A stretch of DNA of 35,715 bases, from positions 96,348-132,062 of the forward strand of contig NW_003314437.1 in assembly GCF_000143415.4 (NCBI RefSeq). Reading direction: 5' to 3'. How positions within the stretch are numbered: position 1 is the first letter of the stretch; each line of letters starts with the position of its first letter. Below, piece after piece: positions 34,521 to 35,715 of the stretch. The notes beneath the pieces are model-generated. The model made no database searches, was not told where the DNA came from, and saw only the letters and a list, made by a program, of their open reading frames with translations. A program made the translations under genes and the position numbers. Source of the stretch: Selaginella moellendorffii (lineage: Eukaryota > Plantae > Lycopodiophyta).

Positions 34521-35715
34521 GATCCAGATTACAAATGATCAAATCCAGATTTTGATTTGATATCAAGTGATGTTATCAAATTATCATCTATGTGCTGTTA
34601 TCTTCAGAGATGTAGGCAATAACAGCATCAATGCAGGGAAGAATGCTGTATCCGCCATATGTGTATAAGTTTTGGAAAGCATTGCCATAGTTGCTCAAGA
34701 AAGAGAAAGAGATTGAAAAACACTAGAGGAAAAACTCATGCATATGTACCATCATTCCCGCCCAGCAAGTGTCTGGTAAATCTGAGAGAAAAGCTTTCAC
34801 ACTTCCACCGGGACCAAGTATGGAAGGAAAAAAAACAATTTTTTTTTATGATCTAGAGCTACATGCTAACGATGAAATTCACGCCTTGCTGTGTCAGACA
34901 AATGACCCAACCTGCGTAGTATCAAACTTGTAAGAAATGAGTACTACTTACATGAACAACCCCTGAAAATCAGTGTTGGCAAGGATGCATTCATGTCCCA
35001 GGCAATCTATGAGAAGATCCTCTGGTGTTTCAATCCCACAAACAGCAACAACAACCAGACAACCAACTTGAGTTCCTTCAACTCAATCACGAAGTAGACT
35101 GTCTCTCAGTTTCTCCGAGTGACCAAGTCAGCTTGCAGGGAGACTTGTGATGCTACAAATATTACACCTGGTGAATCAATCCTTTTAAGAGTGAATTGGC
35201 TGGGAATTGAGTAAGCATGTGCATGGCCTTGCCACCAGTTTTCACCATCTATGCTCAGGTTACTACAAGCAAAAGCTTTGTTAGCTTCTTCTCAGAGATG
35301 AAAGAAAAACTCGAGCTAGCTTCTGCAGTTCCATAAGCTAAGGAGTCCTTTCTGGTACATCCAAGCACATGAAGTTCCTTGGGTAAAAAATTGATAGCAT
35401 AGACTGATTTTGTTTTTGAGTTGTATTTGTTATTATCACAGATTCAACAGCTGAAAGGGTGCTAAATCTTATCAAGTGGTGGGCTGTTCAATGAGCACGA
35501 TAAAAATTAAAATAGTAGAGAAAAAGGAGAAACCACATGTCATACAAATAGCAGATAGCTTAAAAAAATAAAAGTTAGAATTTATGCTAGGGTCCTCCCA
35601 TGATAAATTTAAATGATGATGTAAATTTTTTTTAAAAATTTCACAATAATCTTAATAAATTCAAATAATACAGCTTTTTAATTATTAATAACGTAGCTAC
35701 TGAATAGTTATATTA

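Overview
Eukaryotic land-plant genomic DNA from a draft assembly with six N gaps. The very short GT-AG introns (about 52-61 nt) suggest a compact genome such as the lycophyte Selaginella, but that is an inference. The window is mostly decayed transposons and gene fragments. It holds one apparently intact 4-exon gene (7756-9164, minus strand, 411 aa, membrane-anchored and SAM-methyltransferase-like). Ty3/gypsy remnants include three copies of one LTR family. Two of those copies are composite: each contains its own internal PBS, PPT and second TG...CA module, resembling a TRIM embedded in an LTR. Helitron remnants include RepHel fragments and three related 3' hairpin+CTAG ends. Around them lie unrelated, mostly intron-containing, disabled host-gene fragments (LRR, DnaJ/thioredoxin, Serinc, kelch, LAF3-type amidohydrolase, kinases, O-fucosyltransferase, FGAM synthase), consistent with Helitron gene capture. 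All family calls come from reading motifs by eye; no database search was run. No prokaryotic-type system (CRISPR, operon) is present.
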